Below, in pieces: positions 18,867 to 28,406 of a stretch of 64,000 bases of DNA. The stretch's first letter is position 1. Each line of letters begins with the position of its first letter. The stretch lies in IMG/VR virus record IMGVR_UViG_3300026122_000001. One strand, written 5' to 3'. Position numbers and translations under genes: made by a program. The notes under the pieces were generated by a model, which did not search any database, was not told where the DNA came from, and saw nothing but the letters and a program-made list of their open reading frames with translations. Source of the stretch: a virus. Taxonomy: Duplodnaviria; Heunggongvirae; Uroviricota; Caudoviricetes.

Positions 18867-19811
18867 TCAGGGTTTGTTTGGCATTGGTGGTAAATCCCAG
18901 ATTACAAAATCCGGGTCTGGTAGCGGGACCGTGCGACCGGCGATTCGACCTATCATATCATAGGCGTAGTCACAAATCAAGTCCATTCCCTTATAATCCA
19001 GTGTTTCTGGTTTGTCATACGGTTGATGATAGGTGCCGAAGTCAGTACCGGTGTGCAAGAAAACAACCGGGATGCCTTTGTTGGCGAACGTAACCTGATC
19101 GCTTCCGTAACTACGCCGAAACGTGATCCTCTTTGCGAAGGGGTACTTGGGGAACAGTTTATCCAGTACTGCTGGAACATCCACCTCCCAAATAGACAGC
19201 CGTTTCGTCAGGTGGCCCACCATATCCAAATTGAGCATGAACACATGCTTGCGGATGCTCGGGTCCCCCTCTGGCAGCACGGGGTATTTCACATAATGCT
19301 TAGAACCGTAATATCCCAATTCCTCGCCAGTATACCACTGAAACAGAATGGTCATGTCGGGCTTGGGCCCCGCTGCGAATCGGCGAGCAAGCTCCAGCAC
19401 CATGGCTGATCCTGAGGCGTTGTCGTCTGCGCCTGGATAGACCTCTCTGTTACGGACCCCAATATGATCCAGGTGGGCACCGACAACTACGATCTGGTCG
19501 GTGTTGGTTCCCTCCCGCCATGCCATGATGTTCTGGCAAACACCCTTTGGTGTACGCACCGATTGTTTGTGGGTCTTCAATCCGGCTTTGGCACATCGCT
19601 CCAGGATGGATGTCTGTGCCTTTTTGATCTCAGGCGAAGCCGACAGGCGACCTCTCATCCCCTGGGACGCAAGGTATTCTACCTCGGCCTGCATGTTGGT
19701 GGGCGGCTTGACAACCTCCCTGACAGTCAGGACATTGAAGGTAAAACGGGCGAGAATGCCCCACGCTGCCAGCATAAAAATGGTAAAGAGTATGGTGTTT
19801 ACACGTTTCAT
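18867..19811 (-). CDS. M28-family zinc metallopeptidase (aminopeptidase-like) with N-terminal signal/TM
   Basis: 'VVVGAHLDHIG' and 'GADDNASGSAMVLELAR' metal-binding blocks. N-terminal hydrophobic segment 'ILFTIFMLAAWGILA'. Confidence 0.75.
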   Translation of the reverse strand: MKRVNTILFTIFMLAAWGILARFTFNVLTVREVVKPPTNMQAEVEYLASQGMRGRLSASPEIKKAQTSILERCAKAGLKTHKQSVRTPKGVCQNIMAWREGTNTDQIVVVGAHLDHIGVRNREVYPGADDNASGSAMVLELARRFAAGPKPDMTILFQWYTGEELGYYGSKHYVKYPVLPEGDPSIRKHVFMLNLDMVGHLTKRLSIWEVDVPAVLDKLFPKYPFAKRITFRRSYGSDQVTFANKGIPVVFLHTGTDFGTYHQPYDKPETLDYKGMDLICDYAYDMIGRIAGRTVPLPDPDFVIWDLPPMPNKP

Positions 19812-20215
19812 GCTTCGTCACCCGTGGGCTCGGCAGCCGCTTCCAAGGTCTTTTGCAGGTTGTGGAAGTCACGCCGAGCCATCACATCTGCGTTGGCCTG
19901 TATCTTCTGCAACGCAGTCAACAGCAGTGGTGCTTCCTCGAACTTCAGGCGGGCAATGAGCGCCTCGGCCACAGCAGCGGATTCGTCCTTCTGCAACACC
20001 AACTGGCCGCCATGATACAGCGAGGCTTTGACGATGCCCGCCATGTAGGCAGCGACATTGTCAGTCAAAGGGGCAACTGGTACCACCCCAGTCAGCATCT
20101 CGCCGGTGTGCATGTTGATACCCCCATAGGTCTCGTCTTCGCCGTCTTCGCGGCAAATCAACAGAACATGCTTGTTGTCTTCAGTCTTGCACACACGGCC
20201 GATTGTCATAATCAT
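19808..20215 (-). CDS. hypothetical protein
   Basis: 135-aa ORF; 4-nt overlap with the M28 peptidase gene. Confidence 0.45.
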   Translation of the reverse strand: MIMTIGRVCKTEDNKHVLLICREDGEDETYGGINMHTGEMLTGVVPVAPLTDNVAAYMAGIVKASLYHGGQLVLQKDESAAVAEALIARLKFEEAPLLLTALQKIQANADVMARRDFHNLQKTLEAAAEPTGDEA

Positions 20216-20224
20216 AGCAACTCC

Positions 20225-20692
20225 TTAGCTTTGTGGTTTTGTTGGTCGCGTAACTTTGTGGTCACGAGCGGGTCTGGTATGTTCCCGGCCTTCACCGGCT
20301 GCCAAGACACGCTGCGTGGTGTAGACTCCGAAATCTTCCGCCACCACGGACGGTTTAACTATCGTGGACCACGGGCCGCCCCGTAGTCGAATCCCGGTCC
20401 ATGTTGGAACAGGTGTGTTAGTGTAGCCAGTACAAATGGCCGTTCGACCCTTTTCATCCTGAACCACCTTGTCAACGAAGTAGGCACCCATGTGCGCAGA
20501 GGTTGCACGATCATTGACATACCGCCGGTAATGCAATGCCACAACACGCGCAATATCGCCTTGCACGCCGGACCATTTGGCCCCGGTGTTTACGTTGTAG
20601 CCTTCTACAGTTGGTAGGTCAATCAAGGTGACAAAGATGCGGGCGGTCCCCACCCTAATCACACAACCTAACTCAAGCGGCGGATCGGGCAT
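20225..20692 (-). CDS. hypothetical protein
   Basis: 155-aa ORF. Confidence 0.45.
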   Translation of the reverse strand: MPDPPLELGCVIRVGTARIFVTLIDLPTVEGYNVNTGAKWSGVQGDIARVVALHYRRYVNDRATSAHMGAYFVDKVVQDEKGRTAICTGYTNTPVPTWTGIRLRGGPWSTIVKPSVVAEDFGVYTTQRVLAAGEGREHTRPARDHKVTRPTKPQS

Positions 20693-21230
20693 CGAACACC
20701 TCCTTCAGAATATCAAATGAAAACGGTTTCAGCATACCGAGGCATTGCAAGGCATGGTCCACGCCCACATCGGTTGCTTTTCGCTTGGGCCAAATACTGT
20801 TGAGCATCTCTTCGCGGTTGCTGTGACAGTGTCCGTACAAATTCCAAGCACCCATAGCTTCGCCGGGCCATGTAACAAACGGGCAATGGCACAGTGTTAT
20901 CCGCTGTCCGTATGGGCTGATCTCCAACAGCCTGTTGCAGGTGCTAAAATGTGTGGCCGCTGAGTTCCGATCGTGGTTGCCTTGGATCAAATGTACTTCG
21001 CGGCACTCAATGCGTTGGCGGTAATGGCCCACCTTGCGTGCGCCCCAACAAAAGTCACCCAGAATGTACAAAATGTCATCCCGCCGCACACACGTATTGA
21101 TCTCGTGCAGGATACACTCGTCCATCTCGTCTATGATGTCGAATGGTCGATCACACATCTTTAGGATACCGAGATGCCCAAGATGCAGATCGGCCGTAAA
21201 CCATGTCTTCTTAGACTGTGACCGGCTCAT
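20673..21230 (-). CDS. calcineurin-like metallophosphoesterase (phage protein-phosphatase-like)
   Basis: Motifs 'FTADLHLGH', 'YILGDFC' and 'IQGNHD'. Confidence 0.7.
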   Translation of the reverse strand: MSRSQSKKTWFTADLHLGHLGILKMCDRPFDIIDEMDECILHEINTCVRRDDILYILGDFCWGARKVGHYRQRIECREVHLIQGNHDRNSAATHFSTCNRLLEISPYGQRITLCHCPFVTWPGEAMGAWNLYGHCHSNREEMLNSIWPKRKATDVGVDHALQCLGMLKPFSFDILKEVFDARSAA

Positions 21231-23184
21231 CTTCCTCTTCCTCCTCGTTCCAAATTAGCGTGCCATCCTCGCCGAGTGTCATCAGTTCGAGACGACGATT
21301 GGCAGCCAGCACGTCACGGACATGCTCGTCATACGGCAGATGGAACAGGTCTACGATCGTCGCGCCACGGTTCTCGTCCATGCCCTTACGGTGAATACGA
21401 TCCTCAGCCTGCCGTCGGGAGGCTGGGTCGAAATCGTTTGACCAAAATACCGCCATCCTGGCTTCAGTCAACGTCAAGGCCATACCACCGGACTTCGGGT
21501 GGGCAACAAACGCGACCTTGCGATTGGCCGCTGTGTCGCACCAATAATCCAGTGCCGCCACGTCTTTGATGACAATTCGTTTCTCGGTGTCGGGGTCATA
21601 CTGGTATACCACCCAGCCACGACCATCAACCCGCACCACGTCCCACTGCTTTCGCAAGCAGAGAGTTGTTACACGATCGACTGATCCAGTGAACCCAGCA
21701 AAGACCACAATCCGGCCTTGCTCTTCGTTCTCGTCCAAAAGATCGATCATCTTGTCTTCTTTTGGGCACGGAAGCTCGTGGGTGACGCGGACATGCTTCG
21801 GCACTTCTTTGCGGCCTTCGCATGTTGGACACTCAATGCGGTGCTTCTTCAGCGTTGCCACATAATCTGGGTCCATCAACTCCACGGCTTGGAACCGATG
21901 TTCCTCGTCATTCGGGTCATACCACTCGTCGATCTCACCGGTGCCCTTGCATGCCTTGCACGGTTGGGTACCCTTGACCACATCACGATACTGGAACCCA
22001 TCGCTGAGTTCACGCAGCCACGTAAGGCCGGTGATGACATTCGGTGCCGATTTCAAGATGACCTTGGCGACCGCAGCGACTTCCTTTGTCGGCGGGCACT
22101 TCTCGATACGATACTGTTTGTCCGGCAACTGGATACAATCTTTCTTGTGCAGCACGACCACCAGGCCTTTGAGCCGTTCAGCAAGATAGGCGACCTCATT
22201 ACTGCTCTTGGACCATTCGTGGTAGTCTTCGCCCTCAGCGATGGCCAGTGTCTGGTCGTGGGGCCCGTCCTCATACAGCAGCCCACATGTGGCACAACGC
22301 AACTCATCGTCCCGCCAAGCTACAACTTCTTGGTGTGTCCCACCACTCAGGTTGTTTCGTTCTTCCAAGAAAGCCAACCGCTTTTTGAAAGCGTGGTGGT
22401 TGCCCTCCTTGATGAACCCGGGGTAAGCAATCTCGGCCTGTGACCACCAGTCCATAGGTGACTTGGGTGATGGTGTACCGGACATCTCGATGACGTAACA
22501 GTCGTGTCCCCAGTCTTCGAGCATCCCTTCTGTCAAGTCGCGTGCATTCTTTGATCGCTGACTGGTCGGACCTTTCAGTAGGGAGGATTCATCAAAGACG
22601 ACACCCTGGGGTGCCTTGTCTCCGGGCGTCCAGTTCTGCATCGTCTTGACCATCTTCTCGTAGGTCATCATCAAGACTTGGACGCTAGGGTCAAGCTTCC
22701 ACTTTTTGAATTCGCGCTCGACCGCCTTGATACCTGATTTGGGCCCGACCCACCACCAAACCTTGGCTCCGGACTGCTCCATGATCTCGATGGCGGACAG
22801 TGTTTTACCAACGCCCATCTCAGCCGCGAAAATCTGGAAGTGATAGGTCAATCCAGCGTCTGCCATCAGCTTCTGATGGTCCATCAGCGGTCGCTTGTAC
22901 TCGAAGTTTTTCAGGGGCTGGTCGAACCATGCATACGGATTGCCGCCCTTCAGCAATTCCAACTGGAATCGATTGCGGCGACAGTCTTTGACCGACCACA
23001 CCTTCCGGGGCTTCTTGTCAAACCCGTGCCACTTCGCACCACGCATTGCCTTGATGTCATCCTTGGCACCAAACGGGGATTTCAGAAACTCGATGCGACC
23101 GCCTGTGTAAGCAATCGAGGCATTGGCCTTAACCCGCTTCCCCTTCTGAGTCGTGATAATTATGCTTGTATGTTCGAGTTCCAT
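21211..23184 (-). CDS. SF2 (SNF2/DEAD-like) helicase with embedded zinc-finger insert
   Basis: Motif I 'GVGKTLSAIE', motif II 'VVFDESSLLKG', C-terminal motif VI 'QAEDRIHRKG'. The middle region carries CxxC pairs (CATCG, CKACKGTGE, CPTCEGRKE). Confidence 0.75.
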   Translation of the reverse strand: MELEHTSIIITTQKGKRVKANASIAYTGGRIEFLKSPFGAKDDIKAMRGAKWHGFDKKPRKVWSVKDCRRNRFQLELLKGGNPYAWFDQPLKNFEYKRPLMDHQKLMADAGLTYHFQIFAAEMGVGKTLSAIEIMEQSGAKVWWWVGPKSGIKAVEREFKKWKLDPSVQVLMMTYEKMVKTMQNWTPGDKAPQGVVFDESSLLKGPTSQRSKNARDLTEGMLEDWGHDCYVIEMSGTPSPKSPMDWWSQAEIAYPGFIKEGNHHAFKKRLAFLEERNNLSGGTHQEVVAWRDDELRCATCGLLYEDGPHDQTLAIAEGEDYHEWSKSSNEVAYLAERLKGLVVVLHKKDCIQLPDKQYRIEKCPPTKEVAAVAKVILKSAPNVITGLTWLRELSDGFQYRDVVKGTQPCKACKGTGEIDEWYDPNDEEHRFQAVELMDPDYVATLKKHRIECPTCEGRKEVPKHVRVTHELPCPKEDKMIDLLDENEEQGRIVVFAGFTGSVDRVTTLCLRKQWDVVRVDGRGWVVYQYDPDTEKRIVIKDVAALDYWCDTAANRKVAFVAHPKSGGMALTLTEARMAVFWSNDFDPASRRQAEDRIHRKGMDENRGATIVDLFHLPYDEHVRDVLAANRRLELMTLGEDGTLIWNEEEEEDEPVTV

Positions 23185-23429
23185 TAGAATTCCCAGTTCC
23201 CGTGTTCGATTAGTTTGCCATGATGGTCAAAGCCCCAGCACATATAAGACTTGTCGTCGCCACCCCGAGGAGTCTGGCCAATCAGCATGTCCGTACCTGA
23301 GCGGCTTTTCTCCATCACATAAGTTCGCGAAGACAACGCCTTGCCCATATCCATGGTGTTATCGGTTACGCTTACTCCGGAGAAGCCCAGTCTGTGGAGA
23401 ACCTCCACAAATCGTTCGAGATCAGTCAT
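23184..23429 (-). CDS. hypothetical small protein
   Basis: 81-aa ORF. Confidence 0.35.
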   Translation of the reverse strand: MTDLERFVEVLHRLGFSGVSVTDNTMDMGKALSSRTYVMEKSRSGTDMLIGQTPRGGDDKSYMCWGFDHHGKLIEHGNWEF

Positions 23430-23895
23430 CTTGCACCCCCGGATCAGGCAGTAGTTGCCCGGGACCGAACCGCCAAGATGGGAAAGGCATCCACCCGTGA
23501 GGCAACCAGCGGATGCCCGGTGTGCCGTGCCAGTACATCACGCCCCACGGTGTGTCATAGTAGTCATTGACTCCGGTTAGCGGGGATCGTGTTTGACCCA
23601 AATCGCGTCCACCATGATACAAGGTCCCACGCTGACCAGCCGAGCGAGTCGCGCGGAAGTGCCGATACTTCCATGGTGGCTCAACATACAGGCGATCAGT
23701 GAATTGATCGATTGGCGGTGCGGCGACCTCAACGGTCACAACCACCTCGGTGGTCTCCCGGAGACTTTCGGGATCGAATACGTCGAAGGCCATCCGAACC
23801 AGAAGCAACAGCAGCAACCCGCAAAGGAAGGTCATCACTGTCATGTAGACAGCTTTGGCAACGAAGGCGAGCTTGGATCGTGCTGGTTTAGTCAT
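23422..23895 (-). CDS. hypothetical membrane-anchored protein
   Basis: 157-aa ORF with an N-terminal TM (VYMTVMTFLCGLLLLLLV). Confidence 0.45.
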   Translation of the reverse strand: MTKPARSKLAFVAKAVYMTVMTFLCGLLLLLLVRMAFDVFDPESLRETTEVVVTVEVAAPPIDQFTDRLYVEPPWKYRHFRATRSAGQRGTLYHGGRDLGQTRSPLTGVNDYYDTPWGVMYWHGTPGIRWLPHGWMPFPSWRFGPGQLLPDPGVQDD

Positions 23896-24479
23896 GGGTT
23901 TGGCCCCTCAAGTAAAAAAGTATGGTCGGATAGTTGTCGCTTTGTCAATTGGCCAAAGAATGCTTTCAGCCCGATCTTTTCAAACGCCAGGTAAACTTTA
24001 TCGAAGCACTCCCGAACCGCCGGGGGTGTGTTAGCTCGGCATCCAAGCTTGACGGCTGTCCGCCACTGCCTAAGCGAGCCTGTGGTCAATGCGGCTTGCA
24101 TTCCCCGCATCATAGTTTCGACGACCACAAACGGCATTCCATGGGTTGCTTCCAGTATGTCCTGCATGTCACGCTCATCTGCCATCAGCAGGAAGCCATA
24201 ATGCAACATATCAAGGTACGGAATTGATTCTTCAACAGTGGCAGCGGCTGACCGGTCTTTGAAAGCAGCTACACAGGCGAGGTGATGAGCCCCTGGCGTC
24301 AGTTTGGGTTGCTTCTGATCGGCTGCACCAGACGGCGAGTAACCAAGCATCTTCTTTGAGTACCCAAGGAAAATGCCATTGTCTATTGTCGGCGTCTGTA
24401 TGAGAACTGCATCACAATTCATCGTGGGGCCTCCAAGCACAGCCATGTGTGATATGTTGTCCAGGCTTGATGAGGCCAT
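23892..24479 (-). CDS. hypothetical protein
   Basis: 195-aa ORF; 4-nt overlap with the downstream gene. Confidence 0.45.
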   Translation of the reverse strand: MASSSLDNISHMAVLGGPTMNCDAVLIQTPTIDNGIFLGYSKKMLGYSPSGAADQKQPKLTPGAHHLACVAAFKDRSAAATVEESIPYLDMLHYGFLLMADERDMQDILEATHGMPFVVVETMMRGMQAALTTGSLRQWRTAVKLGCRANTPPAVRECFDKVYLAFEKIGLKAFFGQLTKRQLSDHTFLLEGPNP

Positions 24480-24636
24480 GGAAGTTCAAACAGTCAGCCG
24501 CCCCACCACAAACCACAGCCACGTTTTCATCCACTAAGGTGTATTCGATCAAAGATGGCTCTTTCTTGCCGCCATGGCAAAAGGCACAACAGTTCTGCAT
24601 GCTGTAGCCATAGCCCTGTAGTTGGTGGCAATACAG

Positions 24637-24861
24637 TCATTTGGCTTGTACCTCAAAAGGTTCCTCGACGCCATGCCCGCAACATGCAGACGTGACGCCC
24701 TTGAGATGTCCCAAGCAAGCATCGTGTCCTTCGGGTGTAGGCATCTCACCACACCGGACGCACGGGCGTACCACCGTGGCTAGCTCACCTGTGTCTCCGT
24801 ACCGCCAAGCCCCGCCTTGATAAACAAGTGGGTGACCGCTCTGGAATGCCCGAACTGTCAT
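24637..24861 (-). CDS. small Cys/His-rich hypothetical protein (trimmed from longer ORF)
   Basis: The 159-aa ORF overlaps the Nudix gene out of frame. An internal Met at 24861 gives a 74-aa protein (CVRCGE...CLGH...CCGHG) whose start overlaps the Nudix stop by 4 nt. Confidence 0.35.
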   Translation of the reverse strand: MTVRAFQSGHPLVYQGGAWRYGDTGELATVVRPCVRCGEMPTPEGHDACLGHLKGVTSACCGHGVEEPFEVQAK

Positions 24862-25304
24862 AAGTACGTTTCTCTGGGATCGGGGAACTGGCACTCCGTG
24901 TAGCTCACCGTGTGGTCCAACGCCAACGGTATCAGCCACTTCAAGTTTTCCAACACATTGGGCGGAAGGGCCACAACACGGAAGAGCATAACTCGCTCGT
25001 CTGTGGGTGACTCCAACTTGGTCAGGTCTCCGACTGCCATAAAGACCTGCACCAACGCGCCAGGACTGCCCGCTGAGGGGCGTTGTTCCATTTGGCAATA
25101 CGCATGCCATTTCCATTCGGCCACCAGGTGCCCGGTCTCCTCTTGAAACTCCCGTTCCATTGCCTCGGCGGCGGTTTCACCTTCCTCGATCTTGCCACCG
25201 ATCCCATTCAAGCGACCGGCCTGCCAATCGGGACGTTTCTTCTCGATCAGTGCCACGACCTGAAACTCAGGGTCAAAGAGGAAACCGACTACGTACTCTT
25301 GCAT
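24858..25304 (-). CDS. NUDIX hydrolase
   Basis: Nudix box 'GGKIEEGETAAEAMEREFQEETG'. Start placed at the Met (MQEYVVG) whose ATG sits 4 nt from the upstream gene's stop. The full ORF extends to 25424. Confidence 0.65.
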   Translation of the reverse strand: MQEYVVGFLFDPEFQVVALIEKKRPDWQAGRLNGIGGKIEEGETAAEAMEREFQEETGHLVAEWKWHAYCQMEQRPSAGSPGALVQVFMAVGDLTKLESPTDERVMLFRVVALPPNVLENLKWLIPLALDHTVSYTECQFPDPRETYL

Positions 25305-25305
25305 C

Positions 25306-25785
25306 TCAGTCACCGGGGAAAAGGATGGTTTCAACCAATCGAATGGCGTCATCAAAGTTGTCGGTCCAGAACGGGACCAGTTCGCGAAGCCACTTGCAGT
25401 CGTGGCGGTTGCCGGGTTTGGCAATCACAATTGTTGGTGTGCGATCAGCCCAAGCCCATGAGATTTCCGACACAGTGCCGATGCTCACCTCAGGCGCAGA
25501 CGGTTCAAAGTTCACCAGCAAGAGGTCGGCCTTGCTACAATCCAAATAGTCGCGTGCGACGATACCGCTGGGTGAGAAGACCAAATCCCGGTCATGCTGG
25601 CCGTTGGCCTCCCAGCCAAGACAGTCATGGCCTTGCTGTGCTTGCTTCGCCCGCATGGGCGAGAAGCACCGTACCTCCGGGAGCCGACGGACTGCCTCGA
25701 TGCGCCAGCGAGTGGCGTCTTCGTAGGATAGACCCGTGATGGGGCCAGCCAAATAAATGCGTGGTTTCGACATGTCGGCCTCCAT
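25306..25785 (-). CDS. nucleoside 2-deoxyribosyltransferase-like protein
   Basis: N-terminal 'PRIYLAGPITG' matches the YLAGP signature of the nucleoside 2-deoxyribosyltransferase / DNPH1 fold. Confidence 0.5.
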   Translation of the reverse strand: MEADMSKPRIYLAGPITGLSYEDATRWRIEAVRRLPEVRCFSPMRAKQAQQGHDCLGWEANGQHDRDLVFSPSGIVARDYLDCSKADLLLVNFEPSAPEVSIGTVSEISWAWADRTPTIVIAKPGNRHDCKWLRELVPFWTDNFDDAIRLVETILFPGD

Positions 25786-25911
25786 AGGTTAAGGAATAAG
25801 GACTTCTACCATCTCCTATTCTAACCTCGATGACGTTCCATGTCAATAGAAAAGCACGACCTTTTCAGATCGTGCTTTCCGTCAGATCACGTCGACTACG
25901 GCTCGTGTGTC

Positions 25912-26871
25912 TCAATAGTGTGGGTTTTGCCGAGCGAAATCGGCCATGACCTTGGGTGCCCCGGCGTCGAAGCCGACCACATCCATCATTCCGGCGTCAT
26001 TCGGGTCCGCAATGGACACTCTGTTGGCCGTGAATGCAACGACAATCATTTTGGCGTCGATCCCCATCTTGCGACGGTACTCCTGTAGGACTACCGACGG
26101 GTGCCCACTATGGGAGTTTGTGTCGTTATCCGTGTAGATGCAGAACACATCGACTGGAATCTTGTTCTCCATGGCGTAGATCATCGGCAACGCACAGTCT
26201 GTGCCGCCCCAGGCAGCGTCCTGGGTCAACCGCCGAACCTCTGTCAGTGAGGACCGCTTGGTAATCGGCATGGGCTTCAGGTGGTGACAGAACGCGAAGC
26301 ACGCAACCTGCTCCTCCGTTCGGACCAACGTGGTCGCCATGCACCCGGCGGCGTCCGCTGGTGTCAGATGCGTGTTACTGATCGTATCAAATCGCATGGA
26401 GCCGGAGACATCGATCCCGACCAGATAGCGTTTACCGGTAGGCTCCACAGAGCCAAATGAGGCATCATAGGCGTCTTCCAAGGCATCACAGACCTGAGAG
26501 ACCGGGTTCCACTGGAGGCTGCCCTTCACGCCTTTACCAGCACTGTAGGTCGTCAGGGCCAACAGAACATTGAACGGATGAATCCGCTGCTTGGCCAGGG
26601 CCTCTTTGTCACGAAGCTGGTCACAGACCATCTTGGTGTGTTTGGTATTCGGCCGCAGGACCCCAATACTGGACATCTTGCCCAGATTGCGAATCATCGC
26701 CGTGAGCGGCATCCCCAAGTTCAGTAGGGCTTCCCACACCACTGGCTCATTCAGGAACTGAGTAGGGACGCACTCGCGCACAAGTCCGTATTCCTCAATC
26801 AGCATGGCTGCATATTCGGCACTTGGTGCGGCTTTGATAGCCTCCACACCCTGCAACGTAAGGCCGACCAT
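25912..26871 (-). CDS. rsr: Ro60 (TROVE/vWA) orthologue lacking the N-terminal ~200 residues
   Basis: 'EALLNLGMPLTAMIRNLGKM', 'RIHPFNVLLALTTY', 'VEPTGKRYLVGIDVSGSM' and 'GGTDCALPMIYA...DVF...TDNDT...HP..LQEYRRKMGIDAKMIV...ADPNDAGMMDVVGFDAGAP' are collinear with human Ro60 from about residue 200 to the C-terminus. No ORF encoding the missing HEAT-repeat N-terminus lies upstream. Confidence 0.8.
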   Translation of the reverse strand: MVGLTLQGVEAIKAAPSAEYAAMLIEEYGLVRECVPTQFLNEPVVWEALLNLGMPLTAMIRNLGKMSSIGVLRPNTKHTKMVCDQLRDKEALAKQRIHPFNVLLALTTYSAGKGVKGSLQWNPVSQVCDALEDAYDASFGSVEPTGKRYLVGIDVSGSMRFDTISNTHLTPADAAGCMATTLVRTEEQVACFAFCHHLKPMPITKRSSLTEVRRLTQDAAWGGTDCALPMIYAMENKIPVDVFCIYTDNDTNSHSGHPSVVLQEYRRKMGIDAKMIVVAFTANRVSIADPNDAGMMDVVGFDAGAPKVMADFARQNPHY

Positions 26872-27330
26872 GTACCGGAACTCCGGTCGAACACCCTCAC
26901 CCGTCTCGGACGGGAGCGCTCACACGCTCACTTTCACTTGTTGTTGCTGGCCAGGTTGCCCGTTTCCTAACCAGGCTTGTTGGTGCTGGCTCAGGAACGC
27001 CCTGGGTTACCCCACAGACGAACCCGAAACCAGGCTTGTTCAATGGCCTCGAACAAAGTGCGGCTTGGAGTTTATTCTACTGGCGCTCTCCCAACTGAGC
27101 TACCCCCTGCATACATCGAAAGGCGGGGAGGAGGATTTGAACCACCGACATCCAGTTCCCTTGATAATCCAAACCAACGGCTCAAGGCCAAGCAAGCACT
27201 AGGGGACTCGAACCCCTAACCGACGACCATCGCACTTGCATAAAAGGTGGAGCTTGCTGGGATACGACTGCCTACTGAAAGGGTTTCGTCCCCCAACCGC
27301 TCCATAAGGATGCCACGAACAAGTTTGCAA
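26872..27330 (-). ncRNA. array of non-canonical tRNA-like modules; candidate Y RNA(s) (YrlA-like)
   Basis: On the minus strand: two T-arm mimics (AGGGG-TTCGAGT-CCCCT with extended 7-bp stem at 27199-27220; GGTGG-TTCAAAT-CCTCC at 27128-27146) and one acceptor+D-arm mimic (GCAGGGGGTAGCTCAGTTGGGAGAGCGCC at 27080-27110). None closes into a cloverleaf. There are also hairpins and a 13-nt direct repeat (aaccaggcttgtt at 26969 and 27028). All sit immediately 5' of the Ro60-like gene. Confidence 0.35.
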
Positions 27331-27543
27331 CCGAGGGATTAAATTGTGCTTGATAACCCTCGACCAGCGGCTCGTGGCAAGTGCCGACGCCGGGTACTCG
27401 ATCCCGGCGAAGGCTGTGTCTCACTACATCGGACCGTCCTCCATGGTTAGTGTCCGCTTGTCGTTTGTTTCCTCTCGTCATTCCTTACATTCTCAATTAT
27501 ATCACACTCGGACAGGGTTGTCAAACAGAAACCTTGAATTTGG

Positions 27544-27834
27544 TCAAGATTTCTTCCGAGGGTATTCCGCCGGACCGGTCCGGGCCCTCAGTGGACGCGC
27601 ACGATATTCGTAATTGGACTCCCCGGGCTCTAAGCTCTCCGGGTCAAATTCGAGTTCCATCTGAGGATCAGCATCTGCCATCAAGGTCTCGGCTTCATCC
27701 ATGGTATCACAGTCGTTACCCTCGAAGTGGTCGATGATCTTCAAAGCCACCCGCTGACGGCCCACAGGTGGGATGTCCTCACGAATTGCACTCCATAGTT
27801 CGTCAGCCAGTCTGGCTCCACTTCCCCAACCCAT
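27544..27834 (-). CDS. hypothetical acidic protein
   Basis: 96-aa ORF. Confidence 0.4.
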   Translation of the reverse strand: MGWGSGARLADELWSAIREDIPPVGRQRVALKIIDHFEGNDCDTMDEAETLMADADPQMELEFDPESLEPGESNYEYRARPLRARTGPAEYPRKKS

Positions 27835-27835
27835 G

Positions 27836-28162
27836 TCAGTTCTCCGATACTAGATTTCTGTGTGCCCTCAGTGCGACCCAATGTTGGCGTTCCATTAAGG
27901 CCAGCCGGTCACGTTCCTTCTGAACAATTGCCGCCGGGGCCCGACTCACGAAGTTTTCATTAGCCAACTTCTCTCGACGCTTCACAATTAACTTGTCCAA
28001 CCGCGATATAGCTTTGCTCAGATTTGCAATCGCTTCCTGTGAAGTATCACCGGGTACGGTGACGTACATCGTGATCTCCGACATCCCGAGTGTCGCTGGT
28101 ATCACAACGGTCTCTATATGGCTCTCATGGCCCATCTTCGTCCTCGACTTCATCTGGCACAA
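27836..28162 (-). CDS. valyl-tRNA synthetase C-terminal coiled-coil domain-like protein
   Basis: 'KLANENFVSRAPAAIVQKERDRLA' matches the ValRS C-terminal tRNA-binding coiled-coil signature (KLxNxxFxxKAPxxVVxxEREKL). Confidence 0.5.
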   Translation of the reverse strand: MCQMKSRTKMGHESHIETVVIPATLGMSEITMYVTVPGDTSQEAIANLSKAISRLDKLIVKRREKLANENFVSRAPAAIVQKERDRLALMERQHWVALRAHRNLVSEN

Positions 28163-28406
28163 AGGAATAAACGTGTGGCTCGGTCAGCATCCACCGACCG
28201 GTCACTTTGCGACCAGTGACTTCCACCGTGATCTTTATTTCGTCCCCGTCTTGGGCACCAATCCCCTCTAGGATTTGATCCAGAGCCTCGCGGCCATCAA
28301 AGTCCTTCTCGTCATCCGGCGAGTGCAGCTTGTTGCGATAGCATACCCAATCGCCTCGTTTGTTACAGTATTGCCGAAGGACGGCCGTGAATGATAGTTG
28401 TCTCAC
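28125..28406 (-). CDS. hypothetical protein
   Basis: 93-aa ORF. Confidence 0.4.
   Translation of the reverse strand: MRQLSFTAVLRQYCNKRGDWVCYRNKLHSPDDEKDFDGREALDQILEGIGAQDGDEIKITVEVTGRKVTGRWMLTEPHVYSFVPDEVEDEDGP

Noticed and set aside
27128-27220. Two additional canonical tRNAs suggested by perfect TTCGAGT/TTCAAAT T-loops
   Set aside because: Neither has a complementary 5' acceptor strand or a foldable D/anticodon arm within 100 nt. They are treated as tRNA-like modules of a candidate ncRNA instead.
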